A DNA stretch of 64,000 bases, taken from a virus. Positions within the stretch are counted from its first letter, which is position 1, and each line of letters opens with the position of its first letter. The stretch is taken from positions 41 to 64,040 of the IMG/VR virus record IMGVR_UViG_3300037424_000665. The stretch is one strand, 5' to 3'. The translations under genes and the position numbers were made by a program. The notes under the pieces were generated by a model. It worked only from the letters and a program-made list of their open reading frames with translations, was not told where the DNA came from and ran no database searches. This document shows, in pieces, positions 37,278 through 47,487 of this stretch.

Positions 37278-37652
37278 ATGGGAATTGATTTTGCATACAT
37301 CAAACGCGAGAGATTGCCGATAGGCACGCGGCCCCATTGGTCGTATTCAGGCTTTAGCCACTTCCGCACGCGACTTGCTGAAGCCGTCGGCATTGAGTTA
37401 GACCAAATGGACGGCTTCAAGGCGGATGGGCGCGAATGGACAGAGTTTGCGAGCGATCCCATCGTGAAGTTGCTCAATCACAGCGATTGTGATGGGCAGT
37501 TGACCTGCGAAGAGTGTAGGGCTATCGCGCCTCGCTTGCGAGAATTGATCGCAAAATGGTCCGATGATGATTACGACAAAGACCACGCATCCAAGCTCGC
37601 AAGCATGATGGAGCAATGCGCAGCCAACGAATGGGATTTGGAATTTTGTTAG
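37278..37652 (+). CDS. Conserved phage hypothetical protein
   Basis: GAGGTGA RBS; WSYSGF..FR; LLNHSDCDG. Confidence 0.7.
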   Translation: MGIDFAYIKRERLPIGTRPHWSYSGFSHFRTRLAEAVGIELDQMDGFKADGREWTEFASDPIVKLLNHSDCDGQLTCEECRAIAPRLRELIAKWSDDDYDKDHASKLASMMEQCAANEWDLEFC

Positions 37653-37663
37653 CGAGGTGACAC

Positions 37664-37846
37664 ATGTACCTGTGCAGCAATAACCATGACGAGGTCTGCT
37701 TTGAAGGCCGCAAGTGCCCCGCCTGCAATATGCGGGAAGATTTGCAGGACAGCATTGGCGAGTTGAAAACAGAGAACGCGAGCCTGAAAGCGGACTTCGA
37801 GGCACTCCAATTCTCGATATCTGGTCTTGAGGAGGCCAAGCCATGA
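37664..37846 (+). CDS. Hypothetical protein
   Basis: GAGGTGA RBS; CSNNHDEVC..CPAC plus coiled coil. Confidence 0.55.
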   Translation: MYLCSNNHDEVCFEGRKCPACNMREDLQDSIGELKTENASLKADFEALQFSISGLEEAKP

Positions 37847-37935
37847 ACGGAAGTAGAGGCGGCAAAAGCCTATGACCAAAAAGCCAAGCAGTTATATGGA
37901 GAATTTGCACACACCAATTTTTGAGAGGAAATCCA

Positions 37936-39915
37936 ATGGATATTAAACTCATCAATTTAAGGCTCGAAAATTTTAAGGGATTGCATCGTTTCGAGGCATC
38001 ATTTGATGGACAAGATGCAATTGTTCGCGCCGAAAATGGCGCAGGCAAAACCACCCTCTTTGATGCCTGGTTGTGGCTGCTGTTCGGCAAGGATTCGACG
38101 GGCCGAAAAGACTTCGAGGTCAGGCCGTTGGGCTTTGACAACCACCCGCTCAAGGGCCTGATCGTTCTGGTCGAAGCGACGATTGCCGTCGGGCAGGGGG
38201 GTGGGACGCACACACTCCGCAAGGAACAGCACGAGAAAGTCGTCAAGGACCAATTCCGGGGCTATGAGACCTTGTGTTGGATCGACGAAGTGCCGAAGAA
38301 AGTCGGCGAGTTCCAGGAGTTCATCGACTCGCTCGTCCCGGAAGAGCAGTTCAAGATGTTAGCGGACCTGTCGTACTTCAACGCCAAGCTCCACCACACC
38401 GAACGTCGAAAGATGCTGCTGGCGTTGGCCGGCAACGTCGCCAGTCCCCAAGGATGGGAGAATCTATTGGCCGTCCTCAAGGGCCGCAGCGTCAAGGACT
38501 TTGAGAAGGTGCTCAAAGACCAGAAGAACCGGCATACCAAAGACCGCGACGAAATCAACCCGAGAATCGACGAGATTCACAGGGGCCTGCTTGAGTATTA
38601 CAAAGCGGGCCACCCTCTTGCACATGATCATAGTGTCGATGACACGGCCCTGCAAGCTAAACGGCAGGCCATTCAAGATACCATCGCCGACCTGGATGAG
38701 CAGCGTAAGACCTTGCTGGACGACGAGAAGGCCCGCCAGGACCTCATCAATCGTATCAACCACTTGACCGTCCAGCGTCTCGACCGGCAGAGCCAGATGC
38801 GCAGCGAGGGCAACCAGACGCAGGCCCTGCTGGCCGAGAAGGCCCGTATCGCTGCGAATCTCGCCGAGAAAGAAGAGGCGGTCAATGCATTGCACCGGCA
38901 GATTAAGTCGATTGAGCGAGATATTGAGTTGGCCCAGACGGAGTTGAAGCAAACGCAACAATTCCTGGATAGAGCGCGTGCTGAAATCGAGGCTGTCGAT
39001 AAGGTCAACATCGCTTCGGTTTGCTACGCCTGCGGCCAGAAGTTGCCGAAAGCCAAAGCCGAGGAGAATCAAACGAAACAACAGGCTCAAAAGCAGGCGT
39101 TGATCCAGAATGCCGAGAAATTCAAAGAGGCCGTCAATGCCAATGATGCGAAAATCGAGCAGTTGCAGCAACAGCGCACGGCCCTCTCCGGCAAGGCGGC
39201 GGAGCTTTACAAGAGCTTCCGCGAGCTCTGCGACTCAGCCAACGTCCGCAAAGCCGAGATCGACGCGGCTATCGCCAACCGCCCCGAGCCGAACTATAGC
39301 CTGGACCCTGAATATGACAAGTTGAATTGGCAGATTACTGAGTTGCAGGCACAGGTGGGCGCCCCTGTCGCCGAGCAGTTGGACGCTATCGAGGCCCGCA
39401 AGACTCAGGCCGAGGCCGAACTTGATAAGCTCAACGCCGCCTTAGCCCAGGCCGACCGCGCCAAGGCCGACAAGGTGCGTATCGCGGAACTGGAGGCCAA
39501 AGAAAAAGACCTCGCTCAGAAGATTGCTCAGGTTGACCAACAATTGGCCGACTGTGCCGCCTACAGGGCGGCGGAGAGCCGGCTGATCGAAACGGCCGTC
39601 AACGGCAGGTTCACCCACATCCAGTTCAAGTTGTTCAATTACAATCTGAACGGCAGCATCGAGGAGTGTTGTGAAGCAACACTGAACGGCGTCCCGTATG
39701 CGGATATGTCAACGGGACAGCAGATTCTCGCCGGCGTCGATGTGATAAACGCCCTGTCGGAGCATTACGGTATCAGCGTCCCATTGTGGATCGATCATGC
39801 GGAATCCTTGACGTTGCCCCTGGAGGCCAAGTCTCAAGTGGTCGAGTTGTACGCACAGAAGGGCGTCCACGAGTTGACTATCGAGATCGAAGAGAAAGCG
39901 GCGGTGGCAGCATGA
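37936..39915 (+). CDS. SbcC/Rad50-like AAA ATPase with long coiled coil
   Basis: LENFKG, NGAGKTT (Walker A), MSTGQ signature, WIDHAES. Confidence 0.9.
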   Translation: MDIKLINLRLENFKGLHRFEASFDGQDAIVRAENGAGKTTLFDAWLWLLFGKDSTGRKDFEVRPLGFDNHPLKGLIVLVEATIAVGQGGGTHTLRKEQHEKVVKDQFRGYETLCWIDEVPKKVGEFQEFIDSLVPEEQFKMLADLSYFNAKLHHTERRKMLLALAGNVASPQGWENLLAVLKGRSVKDFEKVLKDQKNRHTKDRDEINPRIDEIHRGLLEYYKAGHPLAHDHSVDDTALQAKRQAIQDTIADLDEQRKTLLDDEKARQDLINRINHLTVQRLDRQSQMRSEGNQTQALLAEKARIAANLAEKEEAVNALHRQIKSIERDIELAQTELKQTQQFLDRARAEIEAVDKVNIASVCYACGQKLPKAKAEENQTKQQAQKQALIQNAEKFKEAVNANDAKIEQLQQQRTALSGKAAELYKSFRELCDSANVRKAEIDAAIANRPEPNYSLDPEYDKLNWQITELQAQVGAPVAEQLDAIEARKTQAEAELDKLNAALAQADRAKADKVRIAELEAKEKDLAQKIAQVDQQLADCAAYRAAESRLIETAVNGRFTHIQFKLFNYNLNGSIEECCEATLNGVPYADMSTGQQILAGVDVINALSEHYGISVPLWIDHAESLTLPLEAKSQVVELYAQKGVHELTIEIEEKAAVAA

Positions 39916-40113
39916 ACGGCAGACAGATTTTCACACTGGACGATTTGAAAAACGCCGTAAACGCGAAGCAGTCTATTGTGGTGCCGAATACCAGGAGTTT
40001 TCAAGGCCCTATTCCGGCAGCATTTGCAATCAACATGAGCGGCACAATTCTATTGCGGTTGTTCGGCGACGGCATGTTCATTTACGAGAAACCCAAGAAA
40101 GGAAGCAAGAACC

Positions 40114-41232
40114 ATGACAGAGCACACACAAATCCAGAAAAGAGAGTTAGGCCCATTGGGCGTGATGAAAGGCTATCTGGCCGACGAGTCCATCAAGAAG
40201 CGATTTGAGGAGGTCTTAGGCAAGCGGGCTGGGGCGTTCATCAACTCGATTATCAACGTCGTCGGTAGTAGCCAGCAGCTCCAGGAGGTTGCCCGCACGA
40301 ATCCAGGCAGTGTAGGCCGGGCGGCGATGAGGGCCGCAACGATAAATCTGGCGATTGACCCCGCCCTGGGCCATGCGGCTATCGTTCCATATAAGAATGA
40401 GGCGGTGTTCCAGATCATGTACCGGGGCGTGATACAACTCTGCATCCGCTCGGGCCAGTACCAGACCATCCATTGCTCGGAAATCTACCGGGACGAACTC
40501 AAGAGCCATAATCCGATTACTGGCGTTGTGGCGTTCAATGATCCCGACACATTCAAACTGCGTTACAGCGAGAAGCGCACGGACGGCGACGTGGTGGGCC
40601 ACTATGTGTACTTCAAACTGATTACCGGCTTCGAGAAGTCCGATTACATGACGCACGCCGAGGTCATGGCCCATGCCCGCCGGTACAGCAAGGCATACCA
40701 ATATGATTGCAGTGCCGGCAAGAAAGCCTCGCCCTGGTCCACGGACCCGATCCCGATGGGCAATAAGACCGTGCTCCTGCGATGCTTGAAGCGCTATGGC
40801 GTCATGTCGATAGAAATGCAGGAGATGATCGCCACCGACCGCGAGACGTTCGACGAGGCCCAAACGGAGTCCTCTGCGTTCATTGCCGCTGACCTGGGCA
40901 GCGAGTCGGTCGATGCCAGTTTCGAGAATGAGAACCAGACGCAGGCCCCTGCCACCGAGCCGCAGGCCCAAACCGAGACACAAAAACCAACGGCCGCCGG
41001 TAAGGGCAAGCCCGGCAAGAAAACGGCGAGTAAGCCCGCCCCACAGACGGCGGGCAAGAAGGCTGACGGCGAAATCCCGAAGTTCAAGTACACCTGCCGA
41101 AACGCCGGCTGCGGGCTATTCTTCGATGATCCTAAAATGAAAGGGCCGAACAATAGCGTGGCGACCTGTCCCGAATGCGGCACGCTGCAAATCGCGTTGA
41201 ATTCCGCCGATGCTCCGGCATTTGAGGAATAA
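40114..41232 (+). CDS. recT: RecT-family recombinase
   Basis: AATINLAIDPALGHAAIVPYK, FQIMYRG..QL..RSGQY, PW.TD..MG.KTVL..LKRYG. Confidence 0.9.
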   Translation: MTEHTQIQKRELGPLGVMKGYLADESIKKRFEEVLGKRAGAFINSIINVVGSSQQLQEVARTNPGSVGRAAMRAATINLAIDPALGHAAIVPYKNEAVFQIMYRGVIQLCIRSGQYQTIHCSEIYRDELKSHNPITGVVAFNDPDTFKLRYSEKRTDGDVVGHYVYFKLITGFEKSDYMTHAEVMAHARRYSKAYQYDCSAGKKASPWSTDPIPMGNKTVLLRCLKRYGVMSIEMQEMIATDRETFDEAQTESSAFIAADLGSESVDASFENENQTQAPATEPQAQTETQKPTAAGKGKPGKKTASKPAPQTAGKKADGEIPKFKYTCRNAGCGLFFDDPKMKGPNNSVATCPECGTLQIALNSADAPAFEE

Positions 41233-41234
41233 CG

Positions 41235-41987
41235 ATGATCTTCGAGGCGCATTACTCTTCGAGCTCAGGGAATCTCTACGTCGTCACTGCGGCCAATGGG
41301 CGGCGACTCCTGATCGAGTGCGGCGTGACGTGGAAGAAGATTCAGAAGGCCCTCAAGTACAAACTTGATAATGTGGTTGGAGCGATCTGCTCTCACGGCC
41401 ATGCTGACCATTCATGTGGTGCTGAGAAAATAATAGAAGCTGGCATTGATTTGTTTGCAAGCCAAGAAACGCTTGAGATTCTGGAACTATCAAACCAACG
41501 GCGAAGTCATGTACTCGAAGAGATGAATCGACAATCTGTATCTTCTGAGTTTGAAGTATTCAGTTTTCCGGTTCACCATGATATTGCAGGTGCATTTGGT
41601 TTTATCATCCATGATCGCTCAAGCAAGCCGCCGGAGAATTTGCTGTTCGTCACGGATACCTCGCACATCACGCAGAAATTTGGCGTAGCCTTCGATATCA
41701 TTGCGATCTCGGCGAGCTACGACAAGGACATCCTGGCCGGCCGGGTGGAGCGGCAGGAAATTGACGAGACGCTGGCCAAGCGATTGCTCGTCTCGCACAT
41801 GGAGTATCACGTCGCCAAACGATATATCAAGGAATTCTGCGATTTGTCCAAGTGTAGGGTAATCCACCTGCTTCATCCCTCGGCGGACAATATGGATAAG
41901 AAGGCCGTCCGCAAGGAGTTTGAGGATTCGTTTTTCGTGAAAGTTGTGATCGGAGCCGGGCGCCTTGCCCGCCTTTTGACAAGTTAG
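41235..41987 (+). CDS. MBL-fold metallo-hydrolase
   Basis: SSSSGN.Y, LLIECG, SHGHADH, TDT, HL. Confidence 0.85.
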   Translation: MIFEAHYSSSSGNLYVVTAANGRRLLIECGVTWKKIQKALKYKLDNVVGAICSHGHADHSCGAEKIIEAGIDLFASQETLEILELSNQRRSHVLEEMNRQSVSSEFEVFSFPVHHDIAGAFGFIIHDRSSKPPENLLFVTDTSHITQKFGVAFDIIAISASYDKDILAGRVERQEIDETLAKRLLVSHMEYHVAKRYIKEFCDLSKCRVIHLLHPSADNMDKKAVRKEFEDSFFVKVVIGAGRLARLLTS

Positions 41988-41995
41988 GAGCAGCC

Positions 41996-42553
41996 ATGAA
42001 CGAGAAGATAGAACAGGCGATTGAACAACTGCGAATACGCAAGGAAATCAAGAGCCAACTATGTAAAGAGGATTGTGTTGAAGAGGCCTTAGCCCTTCTC
42101 GAACAGTTTCAAAGCGAGCAGGCGGCAAAAGGCATGGAAGCGATGGGCTTCAAGAAAGTCGAATCCACGAAGGCCGAGCCTGCCGCCGTATGTGACTATT
42201 GCGGCACGAAACTTGTTGATAAATGCCCTCATTGTGGAGCACCGCAGTGCTGCCCATTATGTTGTGCCCAAGACAAGATTGACCGCCTGACCGCCGAGAA
42301 CAAAAACCTAAAGCGGCCTCTGGAAGTCAATGGTTTCAACGCTGAGGGCATGATGGCCGTTGGCAAAGAACTGTTTCGCCTGACCGTCGAGAACACTGAA
42401 TTGAAAGTGCGGATTGAGAAGCTGGAAAAAACACTTTTAGCCTACGGTGACCATACGCCAGGTTGTCAAATTTCCTACTCCCAATCTTGCGGGTGCGGTT
42501 GGAGCATAATCAAGCAGGCCATCGGCAAGGAGAAAGCATGCCCCGACAATTAG
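41996..42553 (+). CDS. Hypothetical coiled-coil/Zn-ribbon protein
   Basis: AGGAG RBS; CxxC motifs; RLT.EN repeats. Confidence 0.55.
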   Translation: MNEKIEQAIEQLRIRKEIKSQLCKEDCVEEALALLEQFQSEQAAKGMEAMGFKKVESTKAEPAAVCDYCGTKLVDKCPHCGAPQCCPLCCAQDKIDRLTAENKNLKRPLEVNGFNAEGMMAVGKELFRLTVENTELKVRIEKLEKTLLAYGDHTPGCQISYSQSCGCGWSIIKQAIGKEKACPDN

Positions 42554-43293
42554 GACTGATAACGTGCGCTGAGATGGTCCGGGCCTTCCTGGATGGCCGT
42601 AAGAGACAGGCGCGGCGGATCATCAAAAATATGCCTGAAAAATGGCATATTGGCAAGTGTGCCTTTGAAAAAAATGGTAACGGTGATGAATCATTTATTA
42701 TCTATGGCAAATGTGGCGAGAAAACAAGATATGCCCCTTACCGCGTCGGCGACGAACTGTACATCAAAGAGGCATGGCGTATCGGGTCCTGGAACGAAAA
42801 TGAAGGAACGGTGTGTATCGACTACAAAGCCGATGGTTACTGTCGTCAAGAATGGCTTCAAGTGCCGGACGAAGATGATTTTGTGCACTTGTGGGTTCAG
42901 TGTTCGGAAGACTGTAGAAAAGCCGGCCTTGTTCTAGACATTGATAACTCCTATCACTGGCATCCAGGCGAAAGCCCTTGCCGTTGGCGTTCCTCTCGCT
43001 TCATGTTCAAGGCGTTTGCTCGTCTTTGGTATCGCGTGAAGGCCGTCAAAGACCCGCAGAGGTTGCAGGACATCAGCGAAGAAGATGCTGAACATGAGGG
43101 TTGTGAATATTTTGGCGGCTATCCAATAGACGATCTTTGTCCGCGAACTACTGCGGGAGAAAAGAGTGAAATAGAAGTCTTTCAAACACTATGGGACTCC
43201 CTCCACAAGCCCGGCGAGCGATGGGCGGATAACCCCTACGTATTCCCCTACGAGTTAGAAGAACTCGAGAAGAAAGAACAGGAGAAAGCATGA
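42538..43293 (+). CDS. ASCH-like phage protein
   Basis: EMVRAFLDGRK...RR; PYRVGDELYIKE; RLQDISEEDA.HEG; WADNPYV. Confidence 0.75.
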   Translation: MPRQLGLITCAEMVRAFLDGRKRQARRIIKNMPEKWHIGKCAFEKNGNGDESFIIYGKCGEKTRYAPYRVGDELYIKEAWRIGSWNENEGTVCIDYKADGYCRQEWLQVPDEDDFVHLWVQCSEDCRKAGLVLDIDNSYHWHPGESPCRWRSSRFMFKAFARLWYRVKAVKDPQRLQDISEEDAEHEGCEYFGGYPIDDLCPRTTAGEKSEIEVFQTLWDSLHKPGERWADNPYVFPYELEELEKKEQEKA

Positions 43294-43682
43294 GCGAAAG
43301 AGACGACTATCAATCTCTAATGAGAAACAATCTTGCATACCGCATCAAAATAGAGGCGAACAGAAAAGAAATTGAACGCTTGACCGCCGAGAACGAGAGG
43401 ATGAAAGAAGGCATTTACGAAATTGGGCAAATTAGTTTTCATCCTCGAATAATGGAATTAAATGAACAACAGTTGCGTATAAAATTTGAAGATATTCGAG
43501 CAAGAGCAAGTTGTCTTTACGATAAGCAGGCCCTCGGCGACGCCCTGAAAGAGCAGGTCGAGAAGCAGGAGGCCGCCTTGAAAGAGATCAAGCAGATTGC
43601 TCGAACGGCATCCCGCCACGAGATATTCGGGATTGCAAACGATGCACTCGGCGATGAGGCCCTCGGCAAGGAGAAAGCATGA
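43290..43682 (+). CDS. Hypothetical coiled-coil protein
   Basis: ATGA overlap, AGGAG RBS. Confidence 0.55.
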   Translation: MSERDDYQSLMRNNLAYRIKIEANRKEIERLTAENERMKEGIYEIGQISFHPRIMELNEQQLRIKFEDIRARASCLYDKQALGDALKEQVEKQEAALKEIKQIARTASRHEIFGIANDALGDEALGKEKA

Positions 43683-43703
43683 GCAAAAGAAAGGCGGCGA
43701 CTG

Positions 43704-43979
43704 ATGAGAAAGGCAGACGTAATAAACTTTAGAACTCGAAAATATCAGATAATGGATTTCATTAGAAAAGCAAAACTGCCTCTCAAAACGAAAGCCGAGA
43801 AGACCCGATTCCGTGAGGCCATGCGAGACGCTTGCATGGTCGGCGCGTGCGAAGAACGCAGTCGAAATCTCAAAATCATTTGCGAGTATATCCCCGTCCC
43901 AATGCGGACCAAAACGATAGATGAGATTATCAAGAAGCCCGTGCTTAAAGTGCTCGGCTTTGAGAAAGGCGGCGAATAG
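43704..43979 (+). CDS. Hypothetical protein
   Basis: ORF in operon order. Confidence 0.5.
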   Translation: MRKADVINFRTRKYQIMDFIRKAKLPLKTKAEKTRFREAMRDACMVGACEERSRNLKIICEYIPVPMRTKTIDEIIKKPVLKVLGFEKGGE

Positions 43980-44246
43980 ATGGCAACAAAAAAGATTGAT
44001 GGAGTTACAGTATCGTTTAACAGCGAGCACCAAGACGACGACGGGTACTCCCGCTGCAACACTTGCGGGGAAAAGACGATTTTAGTATTTCCTTGCGGCG
44101 AATGGATTGCCGACGATGAACCCTACAAGAACGGCGAGCAAATGGAATTGGAAGAATCCGAGTTCGACGTTGGTGAGGTAACCGGGCACTTCTGCCAAAC
44201 ATGCAACATACTGGTATCTCTGAGCTACAATTTTCCGCGAAGATAA
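43980..44246 (+). CDS. Small CxxC protein
   Basis: CNTCG...CQTC. Confidence 0.5.
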   Translation: MATKKIDGVTVSFNSEHQDDDGYSRCNTCGEKTILVFPCGEWIADDEPYKNGEQMELEESEFDVGEVTGHFCQTCNILVSLSYNFPRR

Positions 44247-44255
44247 AGGGCCGAG

Positions 44256-44981
44256 ATGATGGCAACAAAAATCCCTTACGTTAATGAGGCGTGGAACCCT
44301 TTCAGCGAGGTCCAATTCCTTCCTGAGCGGCTTGACCAGCCCTTGCACTGGCGGCGACCGAGGGACATCATCGTATGCTCCCAGAGCGATTTGTTCCACG
44401 AAAAAGTTGATGATGAAAGAATATACAGTGTGATGATGGCTATGTATCTTGCTCGACATCATCGGTATTTTATTTTCACAAAACGAATAGAAAGAGCAAA
44501 ATCATTTTTTGATCTCTTTTGGCGCACCACAACGACTTTTGATTATTGGAAAGCTGATAACGTCTGGCTGATGCTCTCGATTTCCACGCGGAAGGAGGCC
44601 GACGAGAAAATCCCGATCCTGATCCAAACAAACGTCGCCCACCGGGGGCTGTCGATTGAGCCGGACTTGGAAGATATCTCTCTCCGCTGGGGTAGTTGGG
44701 CCCGAAGGGCACGTGATTCACAAGGTGGTATGTGGCTCAATGGTAAACCAGTCGGATCATTCAATGAGTACGATGCCCTGCGTATGCTCGACTGGGTCAT
44801 CGTTGGCTGTGAGTCCGGGGCGAAGCGCAGGCCATGCCCCATGGAGGCGATACGCGGTGTCGTTAAACAATGCCAAGAGGCTGGTGTCCCCGTATGGTGC
44901 AAGCAGCTTGAAGTCGGTGGAATTGTCCGGCACGAGATGAAATACTTTCCCGAAGAGTTGAGAATTCAACAAAAACCATGA
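44256..44981 (+). CDS. DUF5131 (Gp37/Gp68-like) protein lacking the N-terminal Cys cluster
   Basis: WNP, ERLDQPLHWRRPR, SDLFHE, TKR.ER, SIEP.LE, LDWVIVGCESG...RP, GVP.W.KQL. Confidence 0.8.
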   Translation: MMATKIPYVNEAWNPFSEVQFLPERLDQPLHWRRPRDIIVCSQSDLFHEKVDDERIYSVMMAMYLARHHRYFIFTKRIERAKSFFDLFWRTTTTFDYWKADNVWLMLSISTRKEADEKIPILIQTNVAHRGLSIEPDLEDISLRWGSWARRARDSQGGMWLNGKPVGSFNEYDALRMLDWVIVGCESGAKRRPCPMEAIRGVVKQCQEAGVPVWCKQLEVGGIVRHEMKYFPEELRIQQKP

Positions 44982-44990
44982 GGGCAAGCC

Positions 44991-45239
44991 ATGAAGACCA
45001 AGTACAAATACGTCGAGTTTGAAGAAACCCCGGTCATCTTAGGCGGTAAAGCCATTTGGCGTTGCATCAACATAACGAGCGGGGCACAGTTACTAAGGCT
45101 GATTTACTATGTTCACTGGCGGCGGTATGTTTCCTCTGATACTAACCAGAGTGCGGTTTTTTCCTCTGATTGTCACCGTGACATCGCTTCTTTCTTGGAC
45201 GAGTTGAACAAAGAGGGCCAAAATGAGCCAAGAAGATGA
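44991..45239 (+). CDS. Hypothetical protein (paralog of 45504-45752)
   Basis: MKTKY...F..ELNKEG. Confidence 0.6.
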   Translation: MKTKYKYVEFEETPVILGGKAIWRCINITSGAQLLRLIYYVHWRRYVSSDTNQSAVFSSDCHRDIASFLDELNKEGQNEPRR

Positions 45240-45507
45240 ATTACGAGAGGCTTTGGAGTCCATGTGCTGCCAGTTCGCGTTTTGGCGCGACGGTTGCGGA
45301 TTGTGGACGAACGGCCTATCTGCGTTAGAGGACGCATTTAGCGCATTGGGATGGTCTGACCCGTATCCCTGTCCTGAATTGCGGTGTGACGAGCCTGGTT
45401 GTGGCAAGCGAGGGACGTGTGGATTTCCCGCACCAAAGACAGAGGTGCATCCGAAAGGTTATCGCCGAACGTGCAGCGAACATTATAAGTCTGAGGGCAA
45501 GCCATGA
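45223..45507 (+). CDS. Hypothetical Cys-rich protein
   Basis: CCQFAFW; CDEPGC...TC..H. Confidence 0.55.
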   Translation: MSQEDELREALESMCCQFAFWRDGCGLWTNGLSALEDAFSALGWSDPYPCPELRCDEPGCGKRGTCGFPAPKTEVHPKGYRRTCSEHYKSEGKP

Positions 45508-45752
45508 AAACCAAGTATCGACACGTCCACTTTCACAAATTAGCCCCTTCACGCCCCACTTGGGCATGTCATCGAAATAATACGGAAGAAACGATAGGAT
45601 TCCTGGAAAAATACGAATTGTCAAGAGGTTGGTATTTTGACATCACCACCGGCAAGACTTGGAGTGTGCATGAAGTCAAGCGGTACATTAACTATCTACG
45701 AGACCTCGCCGACTTCATGGAGCAGTTGAACAAAGAGGGCAAACCGAAATGA
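45504..45752 (+). CDS. Hypothetical protein (paralog of 44991-45239)
   Basis: MKTKY...FMEQLNKEG. Confidence 0.6.
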   Translation: MKTKYRHVHFHKLAPSRPTWACHRNNTEETIGFLEKYELSRGWYFDITTGKTWSVHEVKRYINYLRDLADFMEQLNKEGKPK

Positions 45753-45937
45753 CTCAATCCATGAAACTGAGGGATTGGTGGGCCGAGCTTCAACACCTTT
45801 CCCGAACCGCTCGCTTGGAATGGCTGTTAGGCGATCAAGAAGCTAACCGGGACGCCTACGACGACGGCATGACTCCAAAGGAAACGCTGCAAGAGTTGTT
45901 TGACGAAGCACAACGACAAACTGAAAACGATGCCTGA
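45749..45937 (+). CDS. Hypothetical protein
   Basis: ATGA overlap. Confidence 0.45.
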   Translation: MTQSMKLRDWWAELQHLSRTARLEWLLGDQEANRDAYDDGMTPKETLQELFDEAQRQTENDA

Positions 45938-46317
45938 CTTGATTACAACCAAAGAACGGTTTTTCGGGCTTCGATTGTATCTCGACTCGACCGGAGAGGC
46001 CGATGTTGATGAGGCTATTCTAAGCCTTTTCCACGACCATTATACCGGCTCGGGCGCGTTGGAAATCAGCCGGACGGATTCTCAGATCGTATTGGAATGG
46101 AATAAGAAACGGGGCAAGAGACTACAAGCCGTCGATACCGGGGTGCCCGTCAAAGAGGCACGGCAGGGTCAAAAGGCCCTTTTTGAGTAGGAGCACCATT
46201 TTGTCTGCGCGCGCAAAATGGTCCGTGTAAGGAATAATGGAGTATGACGCAGGAAGAATCAAGGATGAGGATCAAGGCACTTTTTTTGGCTTTGTATTTT
46301 GGCAGCACGGAGGCACT

Positions 46318-47487
46318 ATGGCGCGGATTCGGTACTTGAAGCCAGATTTTTTTCTCGACGAGGATCTCGCGGAGCACCCATTGGAAGTCAGAATGCTCTT
46401 CGCTGGTTTATGGTGCATCGCCGATAAGGCGGGAAGGCTCGAAGATCGTCCCAAGCGAATCAAGGCCATGGTCTTTCCGTATGATGATGGAATTGATATC
46501 GAAGCGTGCCTCGACGCCCTTACCCAGCCCAAGACAAGTTCGGGACGATCTTTTATTCGCCGTTACGTGGTCAATGGGCAAGGGTACATCGACATTCCCC
46601 AGTGGGAAAAGCATCAGAAGCCTCACAGGACGGAAAAAGAAAGTATCCTTCCAGGCCCAGAGGGACAAATTATTGATAACCCGCCATATCCAGGCCGTGC
46701 TATTCGCAAACAAGTGTATGAACGAGACAACTTCCTATGTCTCTATTGCGGAGAAGATTTATCAAAGGAACCCCGCAAGATATGTCTGGATCATGTCATT
46801 CCAATCACAATGAATGGTTCCAATCGAATGGACAATCTGGCAACAGCCTGCAAGAAGTGCAATGCAAAGAAGGCAGGAAAACTCGCAGAACAGGTTGGTA
46901 TGAAGAAGCTGGATGGTTTAGGGAACACCATTAGGGAAGCTACTCCCCCCACACCCCCCGATGGGCAACGGACAACGGACAATGGGGATGGGGATGGGGA
47001 TGGGGATGGGGAACCAGGATGTCAACACACCGTCAACGTACCGTCAACGGGGGATCAGACTAAACTACAAGAAGTGTCAACGTCAACATCATCTTCCCCA
47101 AAAGAAACCAAATCCCACAAAGGCAGTCCAGCCGACAGAATCCTTTCCGCTTGGCAGAAGCTCCCCCTACCCCCCGAGAAGAAACAATTCGGTGCCGCCG
47201 ACATCCTCGCCATCGAGCGGGCCATCTCGATTTTGGCCGGCGATTCTCAGGAACCCGTCCACGCGGGTATGATTTTGGAGGCCATCGAGAACTACCGCCA
47301 AGCCCTTTCCCTCTCAGACAGCCAGACCTACAAGCACAAGCTTCACCCCTGGCTGATGGAGCATGTTCGCAAGTATGTCTCGTACAATTTCGATATAGAT
47401 CACCACCGGGGCAGTAAATACCAGAAGACAGGCAAGACCGATACGATGGCCGAAATGGAGCGACTGAAAGCAAAAGGCGAGTTATGA
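46318..47487 (+). CDS. Phage replication initiator with internal HNH domain
   Basis: GGAGG RBS; MARIR.LKPDFF.DE.LA...LF.GLWC.ADK.GRL..RP; insert RD.F.C.YCG...DHVIP...G.N..DNL..AC..CN..K. Confidence 0.8.
   Translation: MARIRYLKPDFFLDEDLAEHPLEVRMLFAGLWCIADKAGRLEDRPKRIKAMVFPYDDGIDIEACLDALTQPKTSSGRSFIRRYVVNGQGYIDIPQWEKHQKPHRTEKESILPGPEGQIIDNPPYPGRAIRKQVYERDNFLCLYCGEDLSKEPRKICLDHVIPITMNGSNRMDNLATACKKCNAKKAGKLAEQVGMKKLDGLGNTIREATPPTPPDGQRTTDNGDGDGDGDGEPGCQHTVNVPSTGDQTKLQEVSTSTSSSPKETKSHKGSPADRILSAWQKLPLPPEKKQFGAADILAIERAISILAGDSQEPVHAGMILEAIENYRQALSLSDSQTYKHKLHPWLMEHVRKYVSYNFDIDHHRGSKYQKTGKTDTMAEMERLKAKGEL
47021..47087. repeat. Iteron-like GTCAAC repeats (putative origin)
   Basis: GTCAAC at 47021, 47032, 47043, 47076, 47082; preceded by (GGGGAT)n run. 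Confidence 0.5.
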
